Assembly (NCBI RefSeq): GCF_019884785.1
Contig: NZ_CP082326.1
Coordinates: 465,355-489,354 of the forward strand
DNA: 24,000 nucleotides
From: Crassaminicella profunda
GTDB taxonomy: Bacteria; Bacillota; Clostridia; Peptostreptococcales; Thermotaleaceae
Direction: 5' to 3'
The position numbers were made by a program, and so were the translations under genes. The notes under the pieces were generated by a model. The model was not told where the DNA came from. It ran no database searches and saw nothing but the letters and a program-made list of their open reading frames with translations. Numbering within the stretch: position 1 is the first letter of the stretch; every line of letters begins with the position of its first letter. Positions 1-8,152 of the stretch are shown piece after piece.

Positions 1-1
1 T

Positions 2-673
2 GCCTACAACGAAGCGGTACCAGCAGTAGATGGAAATGTTATGCGCGTTTTTTCTAGATTATTTTATATCAAAGAAGATATAGGAGAAAATAATACGAGA
101 AAAGAAATGGAAAAAATAGGACAAATGGTAATCAGTCAAAACAATCCATCCTTTTTTAATCAAGGACTCATGGAACTAGGAGCTCTTATTTGTACTCCTA
201 CTTCTCCAAAATGCATTGCTTGTCCTCTTTTTATGGAGTGCACTGCACGAAAACTTATAGTACAGGAAACACTGCCTATAAAGAAAAAGAAAATAAAAGT
301 AAAATCTATAGAAATGGAGCTTGCAGTCCTATGGAAAGATAAAAAAATATTGATTATGAAAAGACCTACAGAAGGACTTTTAGCAAATCTTTGGGCACTT
401 CCTAGTGTTGAGCGAGAAAAGAATACTGAAGAAGGAAAAAGCATTGAGTTAGAATTAGAAGAAAATTATGGTATGCACATAAAAAAGGGAAAATATTTAT
501 TTGAAAAACAGCATGTATTTACCCACCGAAAATGGAAGATGAAAGTCTATGCTTTTGAGCTTATTAAAGAGCAAAAAATAGATTATCCAGAAATTCAATG
601 GATTTCATTAGAGGAAATCAAAAAATATGCTTTTCCAACAGCTTTTATGAAAGTAATTAAAGATATTAGGTAA
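2..673 (+). CDS. mutY: A/G-specific adenine DNA glycosylase MutY, C-terminal part (5' end outside window)
   Basis: The frame is open to the window edge (AYNEAVPAVDGNVMRV precedes the first ATG). It has the Cys-rich 4Fe-4S loop CTPTSPKCIACPLFMEC. A NUDIX-like C-terminal domain follows (LAVLWKDKKILIMKRPTEGLLANLWALP), which distinguishes MutY from Nth. Confidence 0.85.
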   Translation, partial: AYNEAVPAVDGNVMRVFSRLFYIKEDIGENNTRKEMEKIGQMVISQNNPSFFNQGLMELGALICTPTSPKCIACPLFMECTARKLIVQETLPIKKKKIKVKSIEMELAVLWKDKKILIMKRPTEGLLANLWALPSVEREKNTEEGKSIELELEENYGMHIKKGKYLFEKQHVFTHRKWKMKVYAFELIKEQKIDYPEIQWISLEEIKKYAFPTAFMKVIKDIR

Positions 674-846
674 CATTAGTATTTTAATATGAAAATGAAT
701 TTGAAAAATATTCCAAAAACCTGTAAGATGGAATTAGAATAGTATGTTTGTTTACTATAAAAATTAAAAGATTTAATGTTTAAAAGGGATATAGGGAGAG
801 CTATGGTGTAGAAGGTAATACAATATTTAATTGGGGGGATGGAAAG

Positions 847-1353
847 ATGAAAGTACTTATTACCACAGAAAGCTTAAATATTTGTCCAGCAAAAGAGGAA
901 GATATTCCTATCATCATGAAGATGGAGAATGATGAAGAGAATAAAAGCTTTATTTGGCAAGGATCTTTCCAAGAACATTTAGATGAAATCAATAGTGATA
1001 CAGCTTTACTACTGATTTTTAGAGAAAAAAAGGAAAATAATATTGTAGGCTATGCATTAGCTAGGATGAATTTTAAGTTTGATGTTTTTGAACTTCGTCG
1101 CATTGCCATTTCAAAAAAGAAATATGGTTATGGAAAGGAAGCTCTTTTAGGAATCATGAAATATAGCTTTGAAAAGCTTAATACAAATAGATTTTGGTTA
1201 GATGTATATCCTCATAATAAGGTTGGGATTCATCTATATAAAAGTATTGGCATGCATCTAGATGGGGTAATGCGTCAATCTTATAAAGATGAAAGAGGAT
1301 ATTTGGATCAAATGATTTTTTCTATGTTGAAAGAAGAGTATTCTGCTAAGTGA
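847..1353 (+). CDS. GNAT-family N-acetyltransferase (RimJ/RimL-like)
   Basis: 168-aa ORF with a G-rich RBS (ggggggatgg) upstream. GNAT core pattern: RRIAISKKKYGYGKEAL (acetyl-CoA binding Q/RxxGxG/A-like) and NRFWLDVYPHNKVGIHLYKSIGM. Confidence 0.8.
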   Translation: MKVLITTESLNICPAKEEDIPIIMKMENDEENKSFIWQGSFQEHLDEINSDTALLLIFREKKENNIVGYALARMNFKFDVFELRRIAISKKKYGYGKEALLGIMKYSFEKLNTNRFWLDVYPHNKVGIHLYKSIGMHLDGVMRQSYKDERGYLDQMIFSMLKEEYSAK

Positions 1354-1453
1354 AAATCATGAATATATATGATTAAAATAATACAAAAAATCATAATGAA
1401 AAACAAAGTTAAAACAAATAAAAAATAATCAAAATAACTTTTCATCTTGACTA

Positions 1454-1491
1454 TGACAAATATATAAACTAATATGTTTACATATTTGTCA
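1454..1491. repeat. 38-nt palindrome/hairpin (TGACAAATAT...ATATTTGTCA with inner TAAAC/GTTTA), possible GNAT terminator or IS-end relic
   Basis: Perfect 10-bp arms at 1454-1463 and 1482-1491, plus an inner 5-bp pairing. T-rich tract downstream (gttgtcttttgaaaagtttttttt). It sits between the GNAT stop and the 3' end of the transposase remnant. Confidence 0.3.
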
Positions 1492-1502
1492 GTTGTCTTT
1501 TG

Positions 1503-1739
1503 AAAAGTTTTTTTTGATATATTAAACCTTCGAGGATGAAGCTTATGTGCTGATTCATATAGTTCCTTTCTTCACCTCAGGATTTCTTCATCTTGTCCAT
1601 TGTGTCTGCTATTCGGTGTCAAAAAGTTTATTCCACTATGCTAGTGTTTATTGTTGTACAAATCAATAAAGGCACAAATCTATTCTCTAGTAGGCTGACC
1701 TTCTAAAGTTTTTAATTTCCATGTTGATAATGTAGAGTT
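1503..1739 (-). pseudogene. Decayed C-terminal fragment of an rve/DDE-type (IS3/IS481-like integrase-core) transposase
   Basis: Minus-strand translation reads ...STWKLKTLEGQPTRE*ICAFIDLYNNKH*HSGINFLTPNSRHNGQDEEILR*RKELYESAHKLHPRRFNISKKTF. The pattern YNN.H.HSGI.F.TP..RH.G.D.EIL..R...Y..A...HP.R is the typical C-terminus of integrase-core transposases. Three in-frame stops, and no N-terminal part present. Confidence 0.5.
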
Positions 1740-1932
1740 ATATATACCCGTTTCATTTGAAAGTTTGGTTACTGAATAATTTTTTGAAGGTAGTATTCTT
1801 TTTATCAATTGAATATCTTTTATTGTTTTTTGCCAAAATTGTTTTTAGTATATTCAAATGAACTATGCCTTGCGATTTATTTTCTAATAAGAGATGATTA
1901 TGGTTATATGGTTAACTGTACCCATAGAAAAA

Positions 1933-1989
1933 ATTTCCTAATAAAAAGGAAATCATTTATTGGAAATAGATATTAAAATAGAATATATT
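1933..1989 (+). promoter_or_regulatory. Conserved operator + sigmaA-like promoter module, copy 1 (upstream of nagA)
   Basis: ATTTCC-N9-GGAAAT inverted repeat (1933-1953) nested in a longer imperfect IR (ATTTCCTAATAAA / TTTATTGGAAAT). -35-like TTGGAA at 1960-1965, 18-nt spacer, -10 TATATT at 1984-1989. The same architecture recurs at 3967 and 10377 with identical spacing. Confidence 0.55.
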
Positions 1990-2060
1990 AATATGCGAAG
2001 GTGCAATAATTTAAAAGAAATCTGTTTCAAACAACAGAGAAGTAGACAAGGAGGATAAAT

Positions 2061-3206
2061 TTGCTATCGGCCTTAGTGAATGGAAAAATCATTTATAATG
2101 ATACAGTTTTAGAGGGTAAAGCAATACTGTTTTCAGAAAAAATAGTAGAAATTACGGATAATGTTGAAAAATACGGAAAAATCAAGGTGTATAATGCAAA
2201 GGGAAATTTTATTTCAGCAGGATTTATAGATATTCATACGCATGGTTTTGCTGGAAAAGATGTTATGGATGGGAATCATGAATCCTTGAAGGTGATTTCG
2301 AAGGGCATCGTCCAAAATGGGGTGACTTCTTTTTTACCTACTACAATGACTATGGAGATGTATAAAATAGAAGAAGCTTTAAAAGCCATAAAAATCGGAA
2401 TGAATATGAAAATGCTAGGTGCAAATATCATAGGAGCACATCTCGAGGGTCCTTTTATCCATCCAGAATATAAAGGAGCACAACAGGCTGAATCTATTAG
2501 TGATCTTGATTTTGAATTTGTAAAAAAATATGAGGATGTCATAAGGTATATAACCTATGCACCAGAAAAGGATGGAAATTTAACATTTACTAAAAAAATG
2601 AGAAATCTTAAAAAAATATATCTTTCTATAGGACATTCTGGTGCAACCTATGATGAAGCCATGAAAGCAATTGAATATGGTGTAAAAAGCGCAACACATA
2701 CTTTCAATGCAATGAAAGGAATGCATCATAGAGAGCCAGGAACTGTAGGTGCTGTGATGGATTCTGATGTTTATGCTGAAGTAATAGTGGATAATATACA
2801 CTTACATCCTGCAATGGTGAGGATAATTACAAAAATTAAGGGATTAGATAAAATAATCTTAGTAACAGATTCTATGAGAGCAGCATGTATGAAGCCGGGG
2901 ATATATGAATTAGGAGGACAAACTGTAGAGATAAAGGACCATACTGCTAGGTTGAAGGATGGTACTTTAGCAGGAAGTATTTTAAACATGAATGATGCTT
3001 TAAGAAATTATAAAAATATTTCAAGGCTTAATATTGTAGATGTAGTGAAAATGGCTACTGAAAATCCAGCAAGACTTATGGAGATATTTGATCAAAAGGG
3101 CTCATTAAATGAGGGGAAGGATGCAGATATTACTGTATTTGATGAAAATTTTCATATTAAATTTACATTTGTTCATGGGCAACTTGTACACAAGGGAGAG
3201 TGTTAA
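2061..3206 (+). CDS. nagA: N-acetylglucosamine-6-phosphate deacetylase
   Basis: TTG start 5 nt after the AAGGAGGA RBS (2048-2055). Amidohydrolase motifs: FIDIHTHG, AHLEGPF, IGHSGAT, THTFNAM, DNIHLHP, LVTDSM. Confidence 0.93.
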   Translation: MLSALVNGKIIYNDTVLEGKAILFSEKIVEITDNVEKYGKIKVYNAKGNFISAGFIDIHTHGFAGKDVMDGNHESLKVISKGIVQNGVTSFLPTTMTMEMYKIEEALKAIKIGMNMKMLGANIIGAHLEGPFIHPEYKGAQQAESISDLDFEFVKKYEDVIRYITYAPEKDGNLTFTKKMRNLKKIYLSIGHSGATYDEAMKAIEYGVKSATHTFNAMKGMHHREPGTVGAVMDSDVYAEVIVDNIHLHPAMVRIITKIKGLDKIILVTDSMRAACMKPGIYELGGQTVEIKDHTARLKDGTLAGSILNMNDALRNYKNISRLNIVDVVKMATENPARLMEIFDQKGSLNEGKDADITVFDENFHIKFTFVHGQLVHKGEC

Positions 3207-3207
3207 A

Positions 3208-3945
3208 ATGAAAGTGATAATGGCTGAAAGTTATGAGGATATGAGTAGAAGAGTGGCAGAGATTATTGCAAGTCAAATTAGTTGTAAACCCAAAAGTGTA
3301 CTTGGATTTGCAACTGGATCTACACCATGTGGAAGTTATGGAGAGCTTATTAGAATGTACAATGAAGGGAAAATAAGCTTTGAAGATATTATTGCTTTTA
3401 ATTTGGATGAGTATTGTGGCTTAGATGGGAACGATATGGAGAGTTATCATTATTTTATGAAAAAGAATTTATTTGAGTTTGTAAATATACAGGAGAAAAA
3501 TATACATATCCCAAATGGAAGATGTAAAGATATAGAAAATGAATGTATAAATTATGAAAAGAAAATAGAAGAAGCTGGTAGTATTGATTTGCAATTATTG
3601 GGAATTGGAGAGAATGGACATATAGGATTTAATGAACCAGATGTGAAGTTTGAAGCACACACACATTTAGTAACATTAGAGGAGAAGACCTTAAAAGCCA
3701 ATTCTAAATTTTTTAATTCTTACGAAGAAGTTCCAAAAACAGCAATAAGCATGGGAATTAAAACGATTATGAATGCTAAAAAAATCTTGTTATTAGGAAG
3801 TGGAGAGAAAAAAGCTGAAGTTTTAAATAAAATGATTTATGGAGAAATAACACCCAATCTACCTGCTTCAATATTGCAGCTCCATTCTGATGTAAGCATA
3901 ATTGTTGATAAGGAAGCTGGAAAATTATTAAAGAAACAGGTGTAA
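3208..3945 (+). CDS. nagB: Glucosamine-6-phosphate deaminase
   Basis: ATG at 3208, 1 nt after the nagA stop, with RBS aagggagag. The longer track ORF from 3109 overlaps nagA and is rejected. Motifs: LGFATGSTP, FNLDEY, LGIGENGHIGFNEP. Confidence 0.93.
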   Translation: MKVIMAESYEDMSRRVAEIIASQISCKPKSVLGFATGSTPCGSYGELIRMYNEGKISFEDIIAFNLDEYCGLDGNDMESYHYFMKKNLFEFVNIQEKNIHIPNGRCKDIENECINYEKKIEEAGSIDLQLLGIGENGHIGFNEPDVKFEAHTHLVTLEEKTLKANSKFFNSYEEVPKTAISMGIKTIMNAKKILLLGSGEKKAEVLNKMIYGEITPNLPASILQLHSDVSIIVDKEAGKLLKKQV

Positions 3946-3966
3946 ATTTTGTATGATAACTATAAA

Positions 3967-4023
3967 CTTTCCTAATAAAAAGGAAATAATTTATTAGAAA
4001 TTGAGTTTGTTATCTTATATATT
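3967..4023 (+). promoter_or_regulatory. Conserved operator + promoter module, copy 2 (upstream of EIIA-1)
   Basis: TTTCC (3968-3972)-N9-GGAAA (3982-3986), TTAGAA at 3994-3999, 18-nt spacer, TATATT at 4018-4023. The distance from the GGAAA end to the -10 is 32 nt in all three copies. Confidence 0.55.
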
Positions 4024-4162
4024 AGTAGATGTAAGCAATGGGGTGATCTATCAAGGAAAATAAGAATTATCTTTTACTAATTATCTATAAGATCATGTTA
4101 GCCCTAAGATATCTGGATTAAGCATAAATAAAAAAACTATATTTTATACGAGGAGGAATAGT

Positions 4163-4477
4163 ATGAACAACTTAGAAGAAACATCATTTCAAATCATATC
4201 TGCTGCAGGGGAGTCAATGTCTGATATGTTTCAAGCGTTAAGATTTGCAAAGGAAGGTAAATTTATAAAATCAGAAGAAGCAATGAAAAAAGCACAAGAA
4301 TTATTAAATAAGGCACATAAAGCACAAACAAATCTTATTGTTGAAGAAGCACAAGGGAAGAAGACGGAATATTCTATAATTATGGTACATGCACAAGATC
4401 ACCTAATGAATTGTATGTTAGCAAAAAATTTAATTAATGAATTGATAGAGATTTATCAAAAGGGTAATCTAGTTTAA
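4163..4477 (+). CDS. PTS lactose/cellobiose-family EIIA component (copy 1)
   Basis: 104 aa, RBS gaggagga. Helical EIIA-Lac/Chb signature with the phosphorylatable His in MVHAQDHLM. Confidence 0.9.
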   Translation: MNNLEETSFQIISAAGESMSDMFQALRFAKEGKFIKSEEAMKKAQELLNKAHKAQTNLIVEEAQGKKTEYSIIMVHAQDHLMNCMLAKNLINELIEIYQKGNLV

Positions 4478-4687
4478 TAAGGGGATTTAGAATGATCGAA
4501 GAAAAGCAATTTGATATAGAAAACAAGTAAGTTGTAAATTTGGGGAAAACGTTTTTAAAAATTGATTCGTATCTATGGTAGATGGATTGTCTGGAATACT
4601 TATTTACATGGAAGTATAAAAATGGGTTAGATCATATATTGTTGTATGAGCGAACAGATAAAAAATCAAGAAAAGGAGATAGAAAGA

Positions 4688-5011
4688 ATGAAAAAAATAT
4701 TTTTGTTTTGTAGTCAAGGAATGTCTACGAGTTTACTTGCAAAAAAAATGCAAGATGTAGCAGAGAAACATAAACTTCCTATTGAAGTGAAAGCATTTTC
4801 CCATGGGGAAATTGAGGGAATTGTTGAAAAATTGAATCCAGATTGTATATTGTTAGGACCACAAGTTAAGTATTTATATGATGAAACTGTAAAAAAACTA
4901 AAGGATTGTAATATTCCAATAGCGGTAATTGACTCACTAGACTATGGAATGATGGATGCAGAAAAAGTTTTGAAGAAAGCAATTGTACTTATGAAAAAAA
5001 ATAAAAAATAG
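4688..5011 (+). CDS. PTS lactose/cellobiose-family EIIB component (copy 1)
   Basis: ATG at 4688 behind RBS aaaggaga; the track ORF start at 4646 lacks an RBS. N-terminal MKKIFLFCSQGMSTSLL carries the active-site Cys. Confidence 0.85.
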   Translation: MKKIFLFCSQGMSTSLLAKKMQDVAEKHKLPIEVKAFSHGEIEGIVEKLNPDCILLGPQVKYLYDETVKKLKDCNIPIAVIDSLDYGMMDAEKVLKKAIVLMKKNKK

Positions 5012-5022
5012 GGGGACAGAAG

Positions 5023-6372
5023 ATGTTTAAATTATTAGAGAAGCTATTAATGCCAGCTGCTGAGAAATTAGGTAAAAACAAAATTTTGATTGCAATTCGT
5101 GATGGATTTTTAATATCAACACCACTATTAATTGTAGGGTCTATCTTCTTATTGTTAGCTAATTTCCCAATATCCGGATGGGAGGAGTTTTGGACAAAAA
5201 TACTTGGCGAAGGTTGGGACATGTGGTTTGTAAATGTTTCGAGAGCAACATTTGGTATTATTGCTTTATTGAGTTGTTTAGGAACTGGTTATGCATATGC
5301 TAGAGAAATAAAGGGAGATAAAATACAAAGTGCTGCTGTAGCGTTAGTGTCATTTATTATTTTAATGCCGACGTGTATCTCATTTGAAGGTGTTAAAGGG
5401 AGTGGCACAATAAGTGCATTAGCTTTTGAATATGTAGGTTCTAACGGGATATTCTTAGCACTTATTGTATCTGTGGTATCTGTGAAAATCTTTAATTGGG
5501 CTTATGAAAAAGGTTGGACTATAAAAATGCCGAATGGTGTGCCACCGGCTGTAGCTGATTCTTTTGCAGCTTTAATTCCAAGTTCGATAGTTATAGGATT
5601 CTTTTTCTTAATACGTATAGGATTTGAATTTACAACATTTGAAACAGCACATAAGTTTATATATACCGTATTACAAATGCCATTACAAGGTATAGGCAAT
5701 ACATTAGGAGCACAAATGGTTTATAGTACATTTGGTTCACTGTTTTGGTTCTTTGGAATCAATGGACCGGCAGTTACAAACACAATATTTGGACCTATTA
5801 TGAAAGTATTAACGATTGAAAATTTAGAAGCATTTCAAGCAGGCTTACCATTACCAAATATATTTACAGGCCCATTTTCAGATTTCTTTACATGTTATGG
5901 AGGTGGAGGAAGTACCCTTTCATTAGTTATTGTTATGATGTTATTTTGTAAATCAAAAAGAATTACCCAATTAGGGAAGTTGTCAATTGTTCCAGGAATC
6001 TTTGGGATTAATGAACCTATTATTTTTGGTTTACCAATCGTATTGAATCCAGTATTGATCGTTCCTTTTATAGTAGTTCCATCAGTGAACTTGATACTTT
6101 CTACATTTGCTACTAATCTAGGAATTATTCCTTATACTACAGGGGTAGCATTACCATGGACAACTCCTATAGGATTTTCAGGATACTTAGCCACAGGGAG
6201 CTTAGTTGCAGGATTATGGCAAATAGGGTTGCTAATACTTGGATGTTTCATTTACTATCCATTCATAAAAATGCTAGATAAAAAATATTTAAAAGACGAA
6301 GAAGAAGCAACAAATAGTGAATCTGAAATAGAAGATATTTCATTTGAGGACCTATCTGCGGAGGACTTTTAG
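5023..6372 (+). CDS. PTS lactose/cellobiose/chitobiose-family EIIC permease
   Basis: 449-aa polytopic membrane protein. Has the GINEPIIFGLPIVLNP motif typical of ChbC/CelB-type EIIC, and an acidic C-terminal tail. Confidence 0.9.
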   Translation: MFKLLEKLLMPAAEKLGKNKILIAIRDGFLISTPLLIVGSIFLLLANFPISGWEEFWTKILGEGWDMWFVNVSRATFGIIALLSCLGTGYAYAREIKGDKIQSAAVALVSFIILMPTCISFEGVKGSGTISALAFEYVGSNGIFLALIVSVVSVKIFNWAYEKGWTIKMPNGVPPAVADSFAALIPSSIVIGFFFLIRIGFEFTTFETAHKFIYTVLQMPLQGIGNTLGAQMVYSTFGSLFWFFGINGPAVTNTIFGPIMKVLTIENLEAFQAGLPLPNIFTGPFSDFFTCYGGGGSTLSLVIVMMLFCKSKRITQLGKLSIVPGIFGINEPIIFGLPIVLNPVLIVPFIVVPSVNLILSTFATNLGIIPYTTGVALPWTTPIGFSGYLATGSLVAGLWQIGLLILGCFIYYPFIKMLDKKYLKDEEEATNSESEIEDISFEDLSAEDF

Positions 6373-6380
6373 GAGGGAAG

Positions 6381-6905
6381 ATGATGAAAGTTTTAATGAT
6401 ATTTGATCAAATCCAATCAGGGCAAGGTGGAAAAGAAAATCCGAACTTGCCATTAGGCGGAAAAACTATGGCGATAGGTTCTGCAAGTATGTTAGGACCG
6501 ATTTTGAAAAAATTAGGTGGAGTAGTTGTAGCGTGCTTATATTGTGGAGATGGATATTTTAAAAATAATAAAGAAGAAGTAAAATTCAAAATAACTGCTA
6601 TGGTGAAAAAAATTAATCCAGATGTAGTTATATGTGGACCAGCATTTAATTATGCTGGATATGCAGAAATGTGCGCAGTATTGGCGCATGAAATAAATGA
6701 AAAAACAGACATTCCAGCTATAGCTGGAATGTCTAAGGAAAATGAACGAACTATTTTAGATCATAAAGATTTAATAGATATTGTAGTTATGCCTAAAAAA
6801 GGTGGAATAGGATTAACTGAGTCACTTGAAAATATTTGTACGTTAGCTAAAAAAATTGTTGATGGTGAGGATACAAGTGAGTATGCAAAGCAAATATGTT
6901 ATTGA
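6381..6905 (+). CDS. Short GrdB-N-terminal-domain-like protein (glycine/sarcosine/betaine reductase component B family, lacking the Sec-containing C-terminal part)
   Basis: 174 aa, RBS aggaggga. MIFDQIQSGQGGKE, YCGDGYF and PDVVICGPAFNYAGYAEMCAVLAHEINEKTDIPAIAGM parallel my recollection of the GrdB N-terminus (HYINQFFAGIGGEE, ICGDSYF, PDLFIAGPAFNAGRYGVACG...GIP..TGM). Family assignment is from memory, not from a search. Confidence 0.7.
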   Translation: MMKVLMIFDQIQSGQGGKENPNLPLGGKTMAIGSASMLGPILKKLGGVVVACLYCGDGYFKNNKEEVKFKITAMVKKINPDVVICGPAFNYAGYAEMCAVLAHEINEKTDIPAIAGMSKENERTILDHKDLIDIVVMPKKGGIGLTESLENICTLAKKIVDGEDTSEYAKQICY

Positions 6906-6909
6906 AAAG

Positions 6910-6935
6910 GTAGTCTAGATTTAGACTGCTTTTTT
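6910..6935 (+). terminator. Weak intrinsic terminator-like hairpin after the GrdB-like gene
   Basis: 8-bp stem gtagtcta/tagactgc (one G-U pair), loop gatt, followed by tttttt. Confidence 0.5.
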
Positions 6936-6975
6936 AATAATAATTCGCATGAATTAGGGAGGTGTAAGCTTTTAA

Positions 6976-8100
6976 ATGGAAAAGAAGTTAAATGAAAAAA
7001 TAGATGAAGTTAAGACGAAATTAATAGAAGATATTATTGAAATAGTCAAAATACCAAGTGTAAAAGGAACACCGGAGAAAAAAGCTCCCTTTGGAAGAAA
7101 TATTAACAAGGCATTATTTAAGGCTCTTGAAATATCTGAAAAGCTAGGTTTTAAAACAGAGAATATAGATGGATATATGGGATATGCTCAATTAGGAGAT
7201 GATGAGAACTATATAGGGATTGTAGGACATGTAGATGTAGTTTTAGCAAAAGAAGGATGGTGTAATCCACCATTTAGTGGAAATATTGAAAATGGTAAAA
7301 TTTATGGTCGAGGAGTACTTGACAATAAGGGACCGATAATGAGTGCATTATATGCATTATATGCTATAAAGGAATCTAAATTGAAATTATCAAAAACCAT
7401 ACGTATTATATTTGGCACGGACGAAGAAAGTGGATTTTCTGACATACCTTATTATTTAAATAGAGAAAAACCACCAATCATGGGATTTACTCCTGATTGT
7501 AAGTATCCAGTAGTTTATGGTGAAAGAGGTAGAGCAAAAATCAAAATAGGAATTGATATGAATAAAGAAAACTATGAAAAGCTAACACGAGAATTTTTTG
7601 ATTTTGTTAATACTTATTTTTTAGCAAGTAAATCAAATGGTGATAGACTAGGAATTAATTATAGTGATAAAGAATTTGGAATGATGCAAATGAGAAATTA
7701 TAATTTGGATAATAAGGATAATTATTTAAATTTCACATTTGATTTAAGCTATCCAGCAACGTGTACAATAGATGAAATCATTAAGCAAATAGAATCTAAA
7801 ATGAGTTGTAACTTAGAAATAGAGCTATTAAATAATTATAATCCAGTTAAATTTGAAAAAAAGTCTTTTTTAATTAGATCATTGCAAGAAGCGTATGAAG
7901 AAGTAACCCATTTAGATGGAAGTCCAGTTACAACGACTGGAGGAACCTATGCAAAGGTTATGCCTAATATTGTACCTTTTGGCCCATCTTTTCCAGGACA
8001 AAAAGGTATAGCACACAATCCTAATGAATATATGGATATGAATGATATCGTATTAAATGCAAAAATATTTAGCCAAGCAATATATAAACTAGCAAAATAA
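6976..8100 (+). CDS. M20-family metallo-dipeptidase (PepV/Sapep-like, short lid)
   Basis: Metal and catalytic motifs are all present: GHVDVV, GRGVLDNKGP, GTDEESG, FTPDCKYP, AHNPNE. Confidence 0.85.
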   Translation: MEKKLNEKIDEVKTKLIEDIIEIVKIPSVKGTPEKKAPFGRNINKALFKALEISEKLGFKTENIDGYMGYAQLGDDENYIGIVGHVDVVLAKEGWCNPPFSGNIENGKIYGRGVLDNKGPIMSALYALYAIKESKLKLSKTIRIIFGTDEESGFSDIPYYLNREKPPIMGFTPDCKYPVVYGERGRAKIKIGIDMNKENYEKLTREFFDFVNTYFLASKSNGDRLGINYSDKEFGMMQMRNYNLDNKDNYLNFTFDLSYPATCTIDEIIKQIESKMSCNLEIELLNNYNPVKFEKKSFLIRSLQEAYEEVTHLDGSPVTTTGGTYAKVMPNIVPFGPSFPGQKGIAHNPNEYMDMNDIVLNAKIFSQAIYKLAK

Positions 8101-8152
8101 GGTAAGAAATCATAGGAAAAAATATTTCATTAAAGAAAAGAGGTAAAAGGGT

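Noticed and set aside
1448-1476. Promoter-like TTGACT-17 nt-TAATAT on the + strand
   Set aside because: The sequence match is good, but it points into about 500 nt of transposase-relic antisense sequence with no downstream gene before the nagA module. It is probably fortuitous or a relic. It is mentioned within the left-junction finding only.
3946-4162. BglG/LicT-type RAT antiterminator or attenuator in the PTS leaders
   Set aside because: The encoded regulator is a DNA-binding LicR/MtlR-type activator, not an RNA-binding antiterminator. I found no RAT-like sequence overlapping a terminator in the leaders at 1990-2060, 4024-4162 or 10434-10458.
6897-6975. Possible selenocysteine recoding of the TGA stop of the GrdB-like gene (context Cys-Tyr-TGA, hairpin 5 nt downstream, family contains selenoproteins)
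   Set aside because: The hairpin is followed by a T tract, as in a terminator. The 33-codon read-through product (KGSLDLDCFFNNNSHELGRCKLLNGKEVK) runs through the next gene's RBS and looks non-coding. The homologous region of GrdB that carries Sec is absent. A SECIS search and conservation of the extension in orthologs would settle it.
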